Part shown: positions 1-14,514 of the stretch, one piece after another
Layout: the number at the start of each line of letters is the position of its first letter
Position numbering within the stretch: position 1 is the stretch's first letter
From: Kudoa neothunni
Lineage: Eukaryota > Animalia > Cnidaria
NCBI GenBank assembly: GCA_964304625.1
Contig: OZ199838.1
Coordinates: 4,613,354-4,677,353 of the forward strand
Length of the DNA: 64,000 nt
Direction of reading: 5' to 3'
The notes under the pieces: generated by a model
Databases searched by the model: none
Told to the model about the DNA's origin: nothing
What the model saw: the letters and a program-made list of their open reading frames with translations, nothing else
Position numbers and translations under genes: made by a program

Positions 1-129
1 AAAAATATATACATTTAAAGCTGATGACGGATTTTTGTTGACTCCCTTCTTTTGATCTAAAGTAGAAATTCGATGTATGTCTTCCTTCATTATATTATTT
101 GTTGAAGACTCCTCTAAAGGATAATCTCT

Positions 130-499
130 GGATAATCACCAGGGTCGAACCGAATCCATCGGTTTGAAACCAAAAAATGCATTAATTACGCTTCTAATAA
201 TGTTCTAACACCTTTTAATCAAAATTAATGTCATTAGTTATCTATATAATATTTATTATTTTGATATCAATTCGTAATAATTCCATTTAAATGAAGCAAT
301 GGACACATCGCTTATTAAAAGTAAAATATTTAAATCAGTAGATACATTTTTTTTCTTTGTAACTTTATAATTATCAATTACAGACTTTAATCAAGGAATC
401 CAGAATCTTTGAGCCCTCATATTATTTAATATGCGAAAAAAAGTTAAACTATCAAAATTGGGGTCATAAATGACCCCAGTTGGTCCCACGAAGGTTAAT
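130..499. mobile_element. Terminus of a piggyBac-like element/MITE (partial)
   Basis: Sub-terminal palindrome GGGGTCATAAATGACCCC followed by ...GAAGGTTAA (TTAA end). The same design recurs at about 12380-12579, 45658-45693 and 46948-46966. Confidence 0.45.
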
Positions 500-1296
500 A
501 AGCGTTAAGATAGTTATTGTGAGACATTTCAACATATCAAAAATAGCAATCATAAATGACCTCCCGAAAAAAAGAATTAAATTTTTTAGCTTATTTCAAA
601 AAGTTTGGTTCGGTTCCAATTATTGTTAGAATTGGAAATTGAGGCGTACATGACATAGCGGGTCTAAATAGGGCACAAACCGCAATAATTGATTTTTTTT
701 CAAAAATGTAAATTAAATATCACTTGGTTTTTTGTCCACTGTAGTACCTCTATTCATTTATGTTATTTCAATAAAAAGGACGCCAATTTTTTCTTTTAAA
801 TTTCAAAAAAGGGATATATAGTTTTTACATGGTCCGGAAGGGATTGTGCGAAATCGATTATCTACTGTATAACAAAAATATGAATTTGTTTGAGTGTGAA
901 ACATGGAATTGATTCATATTTGATAAAAGTTTTCCTTGTGAGGTATCAAATTCATCAGACAGGTAGTGTCAAGGTAAGCAGTGTATGTCTTGGAGGGTAC
1001 AAAAAGAAATCGAATTTTCTTATAAACATAGTTTCTCTTTTATTTAATATTTTTATACTGATTTATGTGGGTATTTTACATAAAATGGTAACTTTTTGGT
1101 AATTTTTTGTCAGCATAAGCACAACCTGGCACTGCATCCAGGTCGCCCTATTAATTCCACAGGCGCACCCAAAATTAGGATGTGTCGCATGTGTGTTCGA
1201 GTTTTGAGGGGGACAATTGGGGTCGTACTTTGGTAACCCCTGGTCTATAATTAAAGTTTACTGTGTCAATGGACTCCGCTTTAAAAAACATGCCTG

Positions 1297-1804
1297 ATCA
1301 ATATGGCATAGTGGTGTTAGGTCGAGATCGCATACCGTGAAGTTGCAAGTTCGAAGCCTAGTCCAGGTATTCCTATACTCCTAATCCGAAATTGAGTAGG
1401 AAAGCTGTAGTAATCGCAAAGATCTACGATTTATCGTGGCCTTGCTTGTAGCTGGGAGGGAAGCCTGGCGGAAGGGTAGATCTTGGGCGCTCATAAACGT
1501 GGGGATACGGGAATGAAATAGAACCCAGTAAGGGAAGGGGTTTCCGTAGAGCCGACGCCCGCATTCAGATGACTTTTCCAGACTAATTCTGGGTTAGTCC
1601 AAGGTATGGTTAAGGTGGTGGTGGTTTCTCCGAAACGAGGATGTTTAGTGGGTTAAAATCCCACACTACCGCATAAAGATAAGGGGTGGGATTTCATGTT
1701 ACGTCCTGCAGTGCCTAAAGCGTTAATAGAAGAGGTATGACCAACCCGAATTCCACAACCTAATAAGTTGCGCCAGGGGTTTTACCTTGTAAATAAAAAA
1801 AAAT
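1297..1804 (+). mobile_element. tRNA-derived SINE (copy/subfamily A)
   Basis: Pol III A box TGGCATAGTGG (1304) and B box GTTCGAAGCC, a GC-rich body and an A-rich tail. The 3' ~250 nt are homologous to the minus-strand element at 42946-43346. Confidence 0.75.
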
Positions 1805-1985
1805 TATGAGTGTCTTATTGAATTTCAATCTTTAGTAAGTGAATTTGAAGGGAACTATATTGTTTCAACTGAAACGTCTATTGAGTCGGTGGAATATGAA
1901 AATACCCAATACCCAATAATAAGTAAAAGTGGTATTATGTGGGGTTTTAGTAAACCGATAACATCAAGAATCGGTGTAGAAAATA

Positions 1986-3418
1986 CAGTAGGTAATCGAT
2001 TTTGCGTACTCTTACCTTTTCTTCTCTTATACATAATTATCAGAGCCAAAACTATTTTTATAACTTCAGGCAATTTATTTTATGTACTTGAAATTAACAA
2101 CTACAAAAAAGTATTTTATAAAAAATAGGAATTATCGATTTTACATAGTTTTTCGGCTCCGACTCTAATTTCCAATATTTCCTGCTATAATTAATTACAT
2201 CCATAATATCATTGTAAACCATTTAGACTTAAAGAACAATCAAATATTTTTCCATTATTTAAAAATTTGCGAATGAAAGATAATGAATCTTTAAAATTTA
2301 GAGATTATGATCTCGTACATATTTCTGGTTTGAAAACATCGAAAACAAGAATGGCGAGTTAATTTCCTCGTATAAAATAAGTTTGAATTCATTCAAGAGA
2401 AACATTCTAGATGAGGAATCAAATAATAATTTTTATGCTATAGTTTGTAATTGATTAAAGGCATTAGAGCCAAGAAATCTGTTTTATTATAGACGATTAA
2501 ATGTGTAAAAAAATTAATAAAGGAGTTCAATTAAAAAAATTATTGCATTTAGGAGATTTTATTATTCTAGGTTGCGCCATAATTTATATATGGTCCATTT
2601 TCTTTGGTGGGCATTTATACACTTAAAACTGTTACTATAATTGGTAAAGCAAATTTAGTGATATTGCTGGAAGATATTCTACAAGCCTTTTTATAAATTT
2701 ATATAAAACTATAGTATCCAATCAACAAAACAATTTCTAATTATTATAATATGTACAAATTTTCCAAGGTAAACTTTGATTTACGTTTGGAATCCACTTC
2801 AAATCGAGAAAAGAGGTCTTAAATGATTTATGAGCTAATTTTGTGTCCGTTTCTATGAGTTGTTCAGATCGTCCTTTGATTTGCCATCAAAAGTATTAAC
2901 GATTTTTTATGACAATCAAAATTTACCCATTAAATTTGAGTACAATAAGAAAGCGAGAATGATGATGAAACATTTACACTATATCTAATTTTTTAAAATA
3001 GTAATTTCAAAAGTACTGTTGACAGTTCATACGTACATTTCTGTAGCCCAATTTTTAATCATGAAAATAAATTATATAACATCATTCTCGTATCAGTAAA
3101 AAAATTCAGTAAGTTAACTACTATCTCTCAATAAACCGATGATTTATTTTTCAAAGTCCAACTACAAAAGTATCCCGTTTAAAGCCCTCATTATTGCATA
3201 TGATAACGATCTAAATACATAGCCGCCAGATTTTTTTCAAGTTGTGTTAAAAATAATTCTGAAAGTTAATGATTGTAAACTTTATTATATTACTTCATTA
3301 CAAAATATTTTTTATTATCTGCTCACGCATCAAAAAAGTACTTAAAATCGGCCAGTGATGCATTTTCAGTAACTTTTCTCTGGTCTCAAGGGGATTACGG
3401 AAAATCGATTACCTATTG
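1986..3418. mobile_element. Non-autonomous Tc1/mariner-pogo-type element, copy 1
   Basis: TIRs CAGTAGGTAATCGATTTT... / ...AAAATCGATTACCTATTG flanked by TA on both sides. Homologous along its length to 18377-19841. Confidence 0.8.
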
Positions 3419-3600
3419 TATCATGAAAAACCCGTCTGGCGCTACTTTCTATTGTAATCAGCCCGTTAAAAGCATGCTAGATTTCTTTTCATCTTTTTCA
3501 CAAACATAATTTGTGAATAAATAATCAAATATATCAATTTTTGGAAGATTTCATTTCATAGGTCTAAATTTAATTATTAGCTATATTCAAATAGATTATA

Positions 3601-6574
3601 GGCAGTGGCTATTTCACACGAAATTAATATCTCTAACACTAATCTATAGAAATTAATGAAATTTTATGTATTAACATAATCCATAAAGAGCAGTTGATTT
3701 GTAAATTTATAGGCATCTACACACTTGTTATATAGATTACCTTAAAATAAGGCACATGACTGAATATGGACATGTTTTTTTAACTTTAGAATCGGTTTAA
3801 TTACCAAATTATTAGTTCAAAAATGTATTAAAATGTTTTATAAATCCAGGACGATAATTTTTCGTGATTATGCAAGTGCCTTACATCAATTTATGCGCTA
3901 TAGCGATGAGTCACAATTTATTTAGCTTTGGAATGAATTTTAATTCTTCTGAATAATTATAAAATGCTGTGGAGATTTATGAGAAGGAATCATATTCTAA
4001 TTTGTACAAATGCCAAGAAAGAACCCACTTGAATATTACAGGCAGAATAACAAAATCAATTAATCCGCTTCTTCGGTACTATGAAATTACATATAAATTT
4101 ATTTTCGGCGGTACTAATAGACACAGAAAAAATGGAGAAAGAAATAAAACAACCGCCCCGTTAAAGTCACGCCGAGAGTATCAGAGGATGGATTGTCGCT
4201 TGAAGTTCGTTCCTCTTTATTTAACCACAACCACGAATGAAATGAAATTATTCTCAAAAATTTACCAATCCAAAGAAAAATTGATCTTAGAGATCCAGAG
4301 ATTATTCAACTAGGTGCAAATAAAAGGCTTATCCGGCCAAAGATTCAATCAGACAGGGAGAAAACGTGAGATTAAAATAGAGAGATTGTTAAAAGAAGAT
4401 TTTGGTTGCTTCGTAAGAATTTTATACAATGAGAATAAGATAGTCAATGGAATATTTTTCGCTGAGCAAGATATGAAAAGGTTTTTAGAATTTTATCCTG
4501 AAGTCATGTTTGTTGATGCGACATACAGACTTTTAAACGCGTGGTATTTATAAAATAAATAGTCAACCTGATTGTGAACTGTAATGAATTAATTTTTTAG
4601 AGCCCCTTTATATTTATCAACAGGGGAAGATTCAACAGGACGAACACACATTACAAGTGTTTGTGTTATGTACGAAGAAACGGAACAGAATATTCAGTGG
4701 TATTGCAACGTTTTAAGTAAATTGGTGCCAACGTTAAAAAACAGTCTGTTTTCAATTACAAACTGATAGAAATGAAAAACTTGGAAAATCCTTGAGAAAA
4801 AGCTTTCCTAACACTTAATTAATCTTATACAAGTTCCATGTTATGAAAAATTTTCAAAGAGTAATTACCAAAATTAGGTCTCCAATTACAGCGTCAAAAC
4901 GCCAAGAAGATCTGAAAATTTTGCAATCAATGATTTATTCTAAAATTCTTGATGTTTATAAAAGTTATGTTAAAGAGATTGATTCTTTGAATATAATTAG
5001 GTTAACCGAATATTTTAAGAAAAATTGGGAAGATATTTATGAAGAATGGATACCTGGTTTGGGTAATGCCAGGAACTTTTATAAAAACGATACTAACGAT
5101 AGGATCGAATCAATAAATTCTAAATTAAAACCCGTGGTAAATAAATTTAGTACACTTGAAGAATTTATTCAGAAATTTTTCTAAGTTCTAAAATCCCTGC
5201 GAATTGAAAGTGGAATAAAAACAATATCAGAATTGTACACGAATACCAGTTTATCATTCGACGATAATAGCACCGAGCAGTACAATAATTATTTAACAAA
5301 ATATGCGTTAAATTTGGTCTTATCAAAGATAAAATTTAAATGTGAGCCTGCATTGTTAGATTATGATGAAACTGCGACATCGGTAAGTTGCATTTATATA
5401 TTCCATAAGTCATATTCATTACCTTGTCATCATATAATGGCGAAACGATCACATAATAAATTAGCATTGTTCTCAGAGGCATGATGTAGTAAAAGGTGGT
5501 GCAAAGCGCATTGTATGAGATTTTTTCAGTCAGGTTTAATTGCTCAAATGATGAAATATCGAATGAGACAATCCTCACAAGAAATATTAGACAGCCAATT
5601 TTATCATTTTCAAAGAAATTAAAATACTCCACTACTTCCACATCAAAGTTAGCGTGTACAACATCAGTGTTTTGCGGTGACTTCTCTGATAAGTAATTTA
5701 ATGCAATAAAGTTACTAGAGAACACAATTAGAAGTCTTAGAGTTGAGCTTATTGATTCTTTCCTTGAAACATGTATCTTATATTAAAGATTTACATTGTA
5801 ATTGATTTCAGAAGGCAAAATAATTAAAAACAGTGAAAATATTGTATATTTGTCGATAAACATATTGTTTTTATGTTATGTAAAATAGGAATTCGAAAAA
5901 GATAGAGAATTTGATTCGATACACCCTATGAATTTTCAAAAGTTGCAACAGAGAATACTGAAGAATTGATCCATTCCGAGAACAATGGAAGCACTATGAA
6001 TGAAATCGAATTATCCTCCACCCTAAACCTTTATCTGATCAATGGTTATAAATAATAATAATAATTTTGGCTTAGCTTTAGACTTGGAATTGCCATCCAA
6101 AGTAAAATCGGTAGGAAGGAACCTAACTGTGATTGTTGTCAAAGAGAGGAAACAACGAAAATATACTAAATAAAAATTTGACTTACATATTTAAGCTCGT
6201 TTACAACATAATTATTTTTTCGAATAGACAAGGTGGTCTTATTTATTAAGATAAACTTCTGATTTTGCGCTGTTATTAGGAAGTACTTTAGTTTCGCCAG
6301 TATAATTTGAATGCTAATTTTCAATATACTTTATTAGAAATATAAAAGCCTTTATTATTAACATCGTTATTCTTTATCTATTGGGTAAACTAAATAATAA
6401 TTGCGTATGTATTAAGATTTGAAGGTATTTATAAGGTCTTTATATAACAGGTTTGTATATGCCTATAAGTTTACAAATTAATTGCTTCTTATGGATTATG
6501 TTAATATACTAAGTTTCATTAAATTCTATCGGTTAGTTTTATAGATATTAATTGCCTGTGAAATAGTCACTGCT
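3601..6574 (+). mobile_element. MULE/Mutator DNA transposon with degenerate transposase
   Basis: ~150-bp TIRs (3601-3750 vs ~6427-6574) and a perfect 9-bp TSD TAGATTATA (3592-3600, 6575-6583). Transposase pieces include YPEVMFVDATYRL, TNDRIESINSKLK and the SWIM-like C-x-x-...-LPCHH. Many stops and frameshifts. Confidence 0.9.
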
Positions 6575-8090
6575 TAGATTATATTTACTTTTTACGATTC
6601 AATAAATTTATTTGGTGCGTGTAGATGGAAGTTTATCATTTCTATTTTAATTAACGTTCACGTGTGGATAAATAAATCTTTGCGAAAAATAAACATTAAT
6701 TCATTTATTTTATTACATATTTCTTAATCTTCATGTGACTAAAATGAGTAATGCTTGTATAGCTACATTTTTAAAGCATATTGACCAAAGAAGATGGTGG
6801 GGACCATTGGACCCCGAAAGTCCTCGGAGTAATTTCTTTAGGTATTGTTTTATGATATTAAGAGTCACTTAAAAATAAACGAGATCGAGAATCGAGGTAT
6901 GGATTTCAAAGTGTTCCATGTCGCCTAATATCTCACCATTATCCATGCCACATGAATGCTCAGGATTTGCCGCGTCCCACCAAAAATTTACCACCCCAAA
7001 GTTGGAAAACACTAGTTTGTATCATAAATATATGCTATTAGCCTTACCTAAGTTAGAAATGCGCATTTAAAATTAAATTTGTACAGTAAATAGCAACGGC
7101 GTTTATATATTTCTATGAAAAAATCACACTTGCACTTATAAAATTACCATTCTGTACCACTGAGTTATTTTTCTCACCGTTACTACAAATTTAATATTAT
7201 TTCAATATTCTTCTATTTATTTACTAAGGATAAACAATAATCGATGACATCACAATGAATATTTATTTGTGAATCATGTTGAGCTTTGGTGTGATTAAAA
7301 TAAACTGTCCACTGCTTGTTGATTTAGGCGCAATTTTGTGGTATTCTATGGTATTTTAATTTACCATTAATGATAGATCGCGCCTGACTGATTATATGTT
7401 AATCTTGGAATGATAAAATGCGGTCCCATTTTTTGTTATAGTTGATGTGATAAATGTAAGAGATTAATGAGTAATTTTGACGTGAGGAATGTTAAAAAAA
7501 TAACCGAAAGTTGATGTCGGTTCAATATAATTTTTTCTAACAAATTAACTATTTTAATGGCCCTCATTAATTATATTATATGCGTCGAGTATTATTTGTC
7601 ATGTCTAACTATTAAAATTGTTTGAAATATAAGCTTATGTTGAAATTAGGTAAGTATTTTGTAGGTTTTATTGTGCTTAACCAAAGATAAATATCTGGCG
7701 GTGATCTAACAATTGGAGGATGACCTGTTGATTAGAATCTCGTTAATCAAATTATTTCTAACCTTTCATGTTGTTCACTACATTACTAACAATTTAGAAA
7801 ATATTTAAAGCGTAAAATTTGGATATTTCTTCATAATTCAAACCTTCCGTGGTCAGATAGCGACGCAATAATATTGGGACTTTAAAATGATTAGCGCTAT
7901 ACTTTTATTTAGATAAACAAAAGATTTTATCTAGATTTACAATCTATTTATATCCTTCAATTCGTCAAACTTTAGAATATCTTTTTATATTTTATTTATG
8001 TGACGTCTAATAAAACTACCCAGTCGACTTTATTTGACTCCTCGAAATCACATAACATATGAAGACCACGAGTGCACGCATGTCCTAAGG

Positions 8091-8919
<829 letters not shown>

Positions 8920-9308
8920 TCAACTTAATAAATATGTAACTGAAATATTAAATGTTGATCGTGGTGTTTACTTTGAGAGGTTTTGTCCATGTATTATGCA
9001 ATACGGCCAATTTAGAATTGAATAATATTACTAAAACGTTATTATTCTTAAAATTAATTATATCAATTCAAATATCCACCAAAAGTTGAATCGACTTTAA
9101 ATAAATTATGTTCATATGAATATTCGATAGAATTTTTCATCACTTAAGTTCATTGGGTTATGTTCTGTTGATTACCGTAGCAAAAATAAAGTTTAATAAC
9201 ATGCTGGTTAATTAAAAAAAATTTTTGGGTTGAGGTTAAATTTTTCATATAGCTGAAAAGCCAGATTATCTGACAAAAAAATAACATTATGTATTAAAAC
9301 CTAATCCA

Positions 9309-10437
9309 ATGAGTTGTGGATTTTCACTAGAAACTTTGAATGCACACAATAAATTAAGGCTGCTGCACGGGGCCCCACCACTAGTACTTTGCGATGTACT
9401 GATTAAGTCAGCAAGGGAATTTGCTAAGCAGTTGGCCAAGACTGGAACTATTCGATACTCAGCGAGGTCTAATTATGGGGAAAATATTGCATGTATCGAG
9501 GGTAAGTTTCGAAATTGTTGCAAAACCTACATATAATTATTTGATTCACGATCTACTTGTAAAAGGGGAAACCGTTGATGGAGAGTCTATCACCGAACTT
9601 TGGTACAGTGAGATTGCCGATATCGATTGGGATGATTTAGAAAAGTCGTCATGCTGTTGTAACAACCTCACTCAATTAATATGGGTGGATTCAATAAGTT
9701 TTGGTATCGGAAAAATGGTGTCTAATGATAAAAAGGTGTACGTTGTGGCTAGATATAGCCCACCAGGTAATTATCGAGGAATGTACATAACGAATGTATT
9801 ACCTCCAAATTCTGCATTATCCCCAAGAAGCAACACCCAATACATTACAAGAGTAGATATCCCGGGTACATAGTTATTAACATTTTAATCTCAAAACCAC
9901 CAACTAATAGCTATTTAGGCTCAAAAGAATTCAGAAAAGCAATGGTCATCTTTATCAATCGTTGTAGGGAAGCTCATAATGTACCTAAACTTAAGTGGAA
10001 CGAAAAGATAGCGAGCAATGCAACACAGATTGCATTTCGCATGGTTACCAATCAAGGCACATCTGACGATATTGACAATGCATACGATTGGTACGGAAGA
10101 ATTGTGCTTTGTAGTGAAAATGGCTTACCGCCCGTTAAAACAATATGTCGAAGTTGGTATGATTGCTCTCTGTTGTATAACTTCTCTAATGGTGGCTATT
10201 CTGAAGCCACAGGTTTAATTCATTCCTTATTCAGATTCTACTATTATTTATTCAATAGGGCCATTTACTCAAATGGTATGGAAACGTAGCAAAGCATTTG
10301 GTGTTGGCTTCGCACAACGTGGTCCCAATTACATTGTTGTTGCTTGTTTTGAACCTCCTGGAAACGTGGGCGGTAAATACGATGAAAATATCAAACCCTT
10401 GGCACCTGATAAGAAACATCCTTTCGGTTACAATTAA
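9309..10437 (+). CDS. GAPR-1/GLIPR2-like protein with two tandem CAP (SCP/PR-1) domains, 4 exons: 9309-9501, 9566-9865, 9919-10212, 10259-10437
   Basis: Domain 1 has HNKLRLLHGAPPL, YGENI, WYSE, TQLIW and VVARYSPPGN. Domain 2 has NRCREAHNVPKLKW, FTQMVWK and VVACFEPPGNV. Three phase-1 introns join the pieces in frame. Confidence 0.9.
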
Positions 10438-11360
10438 AAAAATCACACGGACCAAATGTCACAAAACTATTAACTATACAATTTTTACAATCATTTTTTT
10501 TTACAAATCCATAAATATCAAAAATGGATTAAAAAATATTCAACTTCATGAAGTTATATTGACATTATAGAGTTGTTTGAAATAAAATTTTTTCTGTTAA
10601 AATAAATGAAACTGTGATATATATTTCATAGTTAAATTGATATTAATCATACATAACAAGAGTGAGGTTTGAACATATTCATTTTAGTTTGTTGCAACCA
10701 GTTATTCGAACTATATTTTCAGTGCATTCAGTTAAAACAGGGTTTTCCGATTGGGAGTTCTCAGACCTCCAAAGGATCCGGCAGCCAGTTACTGGGGGTC
10801 CGAAGCTAACAAATTGATTCAAGGAGGAAATTGTACAGCGAGTATGCTTTTTACGTAATAAACCGATTCTAAATAATCAGAATTTTTCTCGAAAATACAT
10901 TACGTGCGATTCGTGCGCAATCTAAGCTGAGATAAGTCTGATAAAAAAATAATCATATGATGAATTTTTCTGAAATTTAATTTACGATATTAATATACTA
11001 TTTTCTATTTATAAATACATGAAATATAAATAATGATTAATTTCTTTTTCATTCATTCATCCATAAATAAATTATTTAATTTAAAGAAACAAAGTTTGTA
11101 AAAAAAATTGAAATGTTTACTTTTTAAAGAAAAACAGAAATTATAAAAAAAATGTATTGTTTATTTTTTTAAGTAAACTATAAGGCAAGTAAGGATTAAA
11201 CTTTATTTATTTTCAAGATTAAGTTTTTTGTTTTTTTGTTGAATTATTTGAAATTGTTTTACTTTAAATTTGAATCAACTTGTACTCAGAAATTGTATAA
11301 ACCAGAGCTTTACAGTCGACACGGGGCCGCGCGTTTATTTTTCACATTGTATTTTCTAAT

Positions 11361-12579
11361 TTATCCCTCTAACGATCATAAAAACGACTTACCTCCAACG
11401 ATCATTTGAGGTCGAACCGACCCCACATTTTTATTGTATTTTTCTTTACTAAAAAATATTTCTTTTCAGTTTATTAAATACGTAAGAAATTTATCGAGGA
11501 AGTTTTGAGCAAATTAATGTTTACTAACCTATTAATCTTCAATAATCCGTTAATGTACGGATTCAAACAATTTCGCTACATATCACTAGTATTACATACT
11601 GAGGAAACGGCGGTTACACGATGAAATGAGATTCATCTAAACAAGCTAATTTAATGATGGTAGTTATTACAATTTTAGCGAAATTTTTCTGAAATTTAAA
11701 CAAACATAAAAGGTATCTTTATGACTTTGTGCACTTAAGAAAATAACGCATTCCAGTGTTTATCCGTAACATAAGACTACCTAAGTAATATATTATTTCC
11801 CGTGGTTTATTTTTTTCAATTTTGAAACACTTAATGAAATGTCTTCCTAACTGGTCAATGCAAAAAATGGCAATTGCACAATCCGCAAATAACAACAATC
11901 AAGCATTGATTTTACTCTCAACGTCGTATAGATTGTTGATCGCAGCAGAGAGTTCAAAAAATATTTTCCTCGCTTGTTCTTGATGTATATATTTTTGTAA
12001 GATTCAAAACTAATCCATATTTGCTAATAAATGAATTATTGTATATGCCCAGATCGTCGTCATCAGTTTCTTGAGAGATCCTCAATTATAACATCCACAT
12101 ATTCACTACCAAAAGATTAATCGTTATGGAATAAAAAATTAAATTTAGAATTCATGGATATTATTCTGATACTAAATTATTACTGAAGGAAAAAAATATT
12201 TTATATTATCTAGTGCAATCGATAGCCAAGATTGTTCACGAGCAATCTTCGATTGGGTTGCGTAAGATTAGTTCATGGGTTAATTTTGATTTTCCTTAGA
12301 ATTCTGTCGGAAATTTTTTCTAATATCTCATATAAAAAATTTAATGAAATTTATGTACAAAATGATGAAATAAAAAGATGGGGTCAGATCGACTCCAAAT
12401 GATCGTCAATAGATATCTTTCAAATTTGGTCTACATAAAAAAACCTAAATTATCCAATTTTCCACATTTACATAGAAGAATATATTTATAAAGAATAGCT
12501 TGAATTCAAGAACATCGGAACTACGGATGAAAACGTTATGTGTTATTCAATTCGACCCCTGTATGTTTAGAGGGTTAAT
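11361..12579. mobile_element. piggyBac-like non-autonomous element (degenerate)
   Basis: Left end ...CCCTCTAAC and right end ...GTTTAGAGGGTTAA, with inverted sub-terminal motifs GATCATTTGAGGTCGAACCGACCCC / GGGGTCAGATCGACTCCAAATGATC. Confidence 0.55.
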
Positions 12580-12672
12580 TAAAACAAAAAAATTGTACAA
12601 CATTCCTCGCAAGCGCAAATAATCACACGTGATATTTTCCAAGCAAATATTTTATATCTAATTGATTATATA

Positions 12673-13282
12673 TAGAGGCCGTAATTTTCGGTTACAATTG
12701 ATAAACGTCCAAACGTCGAATTTTTCGAAATATTTTAACATTTTTTAGGTAAAAATCGAGATAATTCGTCGATTATTTTATGTTTTATTATGGGCAGAAA
12801 AATAAGTCGAATTGACAATTATATAGCCAACTTAATGGGTTTAAATAAGGAAATTGACCCCCTTGCACACCCATATATCAAAATTTATCAACGAAAAACT
12901 CCACAGCAAGAGTCGTTGAAATTTTCACTCCCGAGGAATGATAAAATGATAGTTCCTGGATTTTAGAGAAAACAACAAATCAAAGTATTCCGTATTGTCT
13001 ACGATAGACCAAGATTCAGTGCATATACCACTATCACCTACAGTCGTGGAAATAAATTTCTCAAAATAGAGGAATTTGCGTCAAAGCTATGAAGTGAATA
13101 TAGCTCCTGAACGAATGAGAATACATAAAATATTATATATTAAAGAAAAATTTAAAAAAAAATTATAGTTATGTTTATTTCGTTGACATTGAGGTCGATA
13201 ATAGTGGTTATGCTATGCATGCGCCAGTTTTTTAATGAACGTCGAATTTTTTAAAAATAGTCGTTAAAAACTACGGCCCCTA
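12673..13282. mobile_element. hAT-type MITE
   Basis: TIR TAGAGGCCGTAATTTT / AAAACTACGGCCCCTA, repeated AACGTCGAATTTTT sub-terminal motif and an imperfect 8-bp flank match (ATTATATA / TTTATAAA). Confidence 0.55.
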
Positions 13283-13672
13283 TTTATAAATAAGATTTAT
13301 GCCTATCTTTATTTGGCAAATATCCTCGTAACGAGTTTATTATCAGTTGTATTTATTATATTTACATTTGTTTCCTTGTAAATGTAGACGACTTTCTTTA
13401 TGTCCGCGTAATTTTAATAGAAATATTTTTCAAACCTAAAAATAAATCAATTATTAAAACTCTTTTTTGAGAAGGGGTGTGAGAACTAAAATGAATCGGG
13501 CAGCGCTGAGTCAAAACATTCCCAAATTTAATAAAAAGTCATTAATTGTTATATTCAATCGCTGAATATTAAGGGAAGATACGTCGAAACAAATTTTATA
13601 GCGCACATTTAAAAAAGAACTACCGGGATCTAAAACGAGCGCTGCGCGTGCGTGCATGCACGCCGTTTAGGG

Positions 13673-13849
13673 CAGGAGTTCCCAACTGGGGGTGCGAACT
13701 TTGGCCTCAGTTGATGCGAGATCCGATCAAAATTGAAAATAATCTTGGATAAATTTTAAGTCAGTTACACCTTATCGTATGTAAAGGGGTGCGAATTTCG
13801 TTCTGTCCAAAAATGGGGGTGCGAGTCCAATTTTAGTTGGGAAGCGCTG
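13673..13849. mobile_element. 177-bp hAT MITE
   Basis: TIR CAGGAGTTCCCAACT / AGTTGGGAAGCGCTG, three GGGGTGCGA sub-terminal repeats and an 8-bp TSD GTTTAGGG / GTTTAGGA. Confidence 0.75.
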
Positions 13850-14514
13850 GTTTAGGATTAAATTTTATCGTGCCAATAGCCTCTGCCAAATAAAAACGCG
13901 TTAGATGAAAGTAAAGCCATTGAATTGAATAATGAGCATGTTTCTCCTAAAATTCATAATCATATAACTGATATTTTATAATCCTTGTGCTCGGGAATAC
14001 CAAGGTGACCTATATCGTGAGCGCCACAAGGTGATCCGTAAGGGGTTAATGTTGTAAAATGATTGGGGAATTTTTATCTGATTGGTAACCAACAATTTAG
14101 TTAAATACAAGAAATGTCAATTTGTCTCTAATTTCTACAGTTCCATAAAATACATTCGAATTAAACTCGCCTATCGGTGACTTCCACGTTGGAAACATTA
14201 CGTTAAACACGCGCGCGCAACTAAGAATATCCTTTTAAGGTATTTTAATAAAAATCACCCTCGTATAATTCCTATAAAAGTATAAATAAGTTACTTCATC
14301 AAAATATGGTAAATTTAGGTTAAATTGGATCCCAGTTCATATTAAGGTCATAAAATACCAAAAAAATACATGAATAAAATATTCCACTTAAATTTCCTCT
14401 GTTGTCAAATAAATTTCATAATATTCTTGCAATTTTGAAAAATATTAAAACGATTTGAAACTGTAAAACACGCTAACACATCACACCTGTTGCGCACGCA
14501 AATACTAAAAAATC

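Noticed and set aside
1560-1640. Hammerhead ribozyme in the SINE body
   Set aside because: The core reads CAGATGA rather than CTGANGA, and GAAA does not follow the stem. Other CTGATGA hits I checked also lack the core geometry.
8059-8088. Upstream ORF MKTTSARMS* ending 2 nt before the DHFR ATG
   Set aside because: Short ORFs arise by chance, and it overlaps the candidate promoter motif so may not be transcribed.
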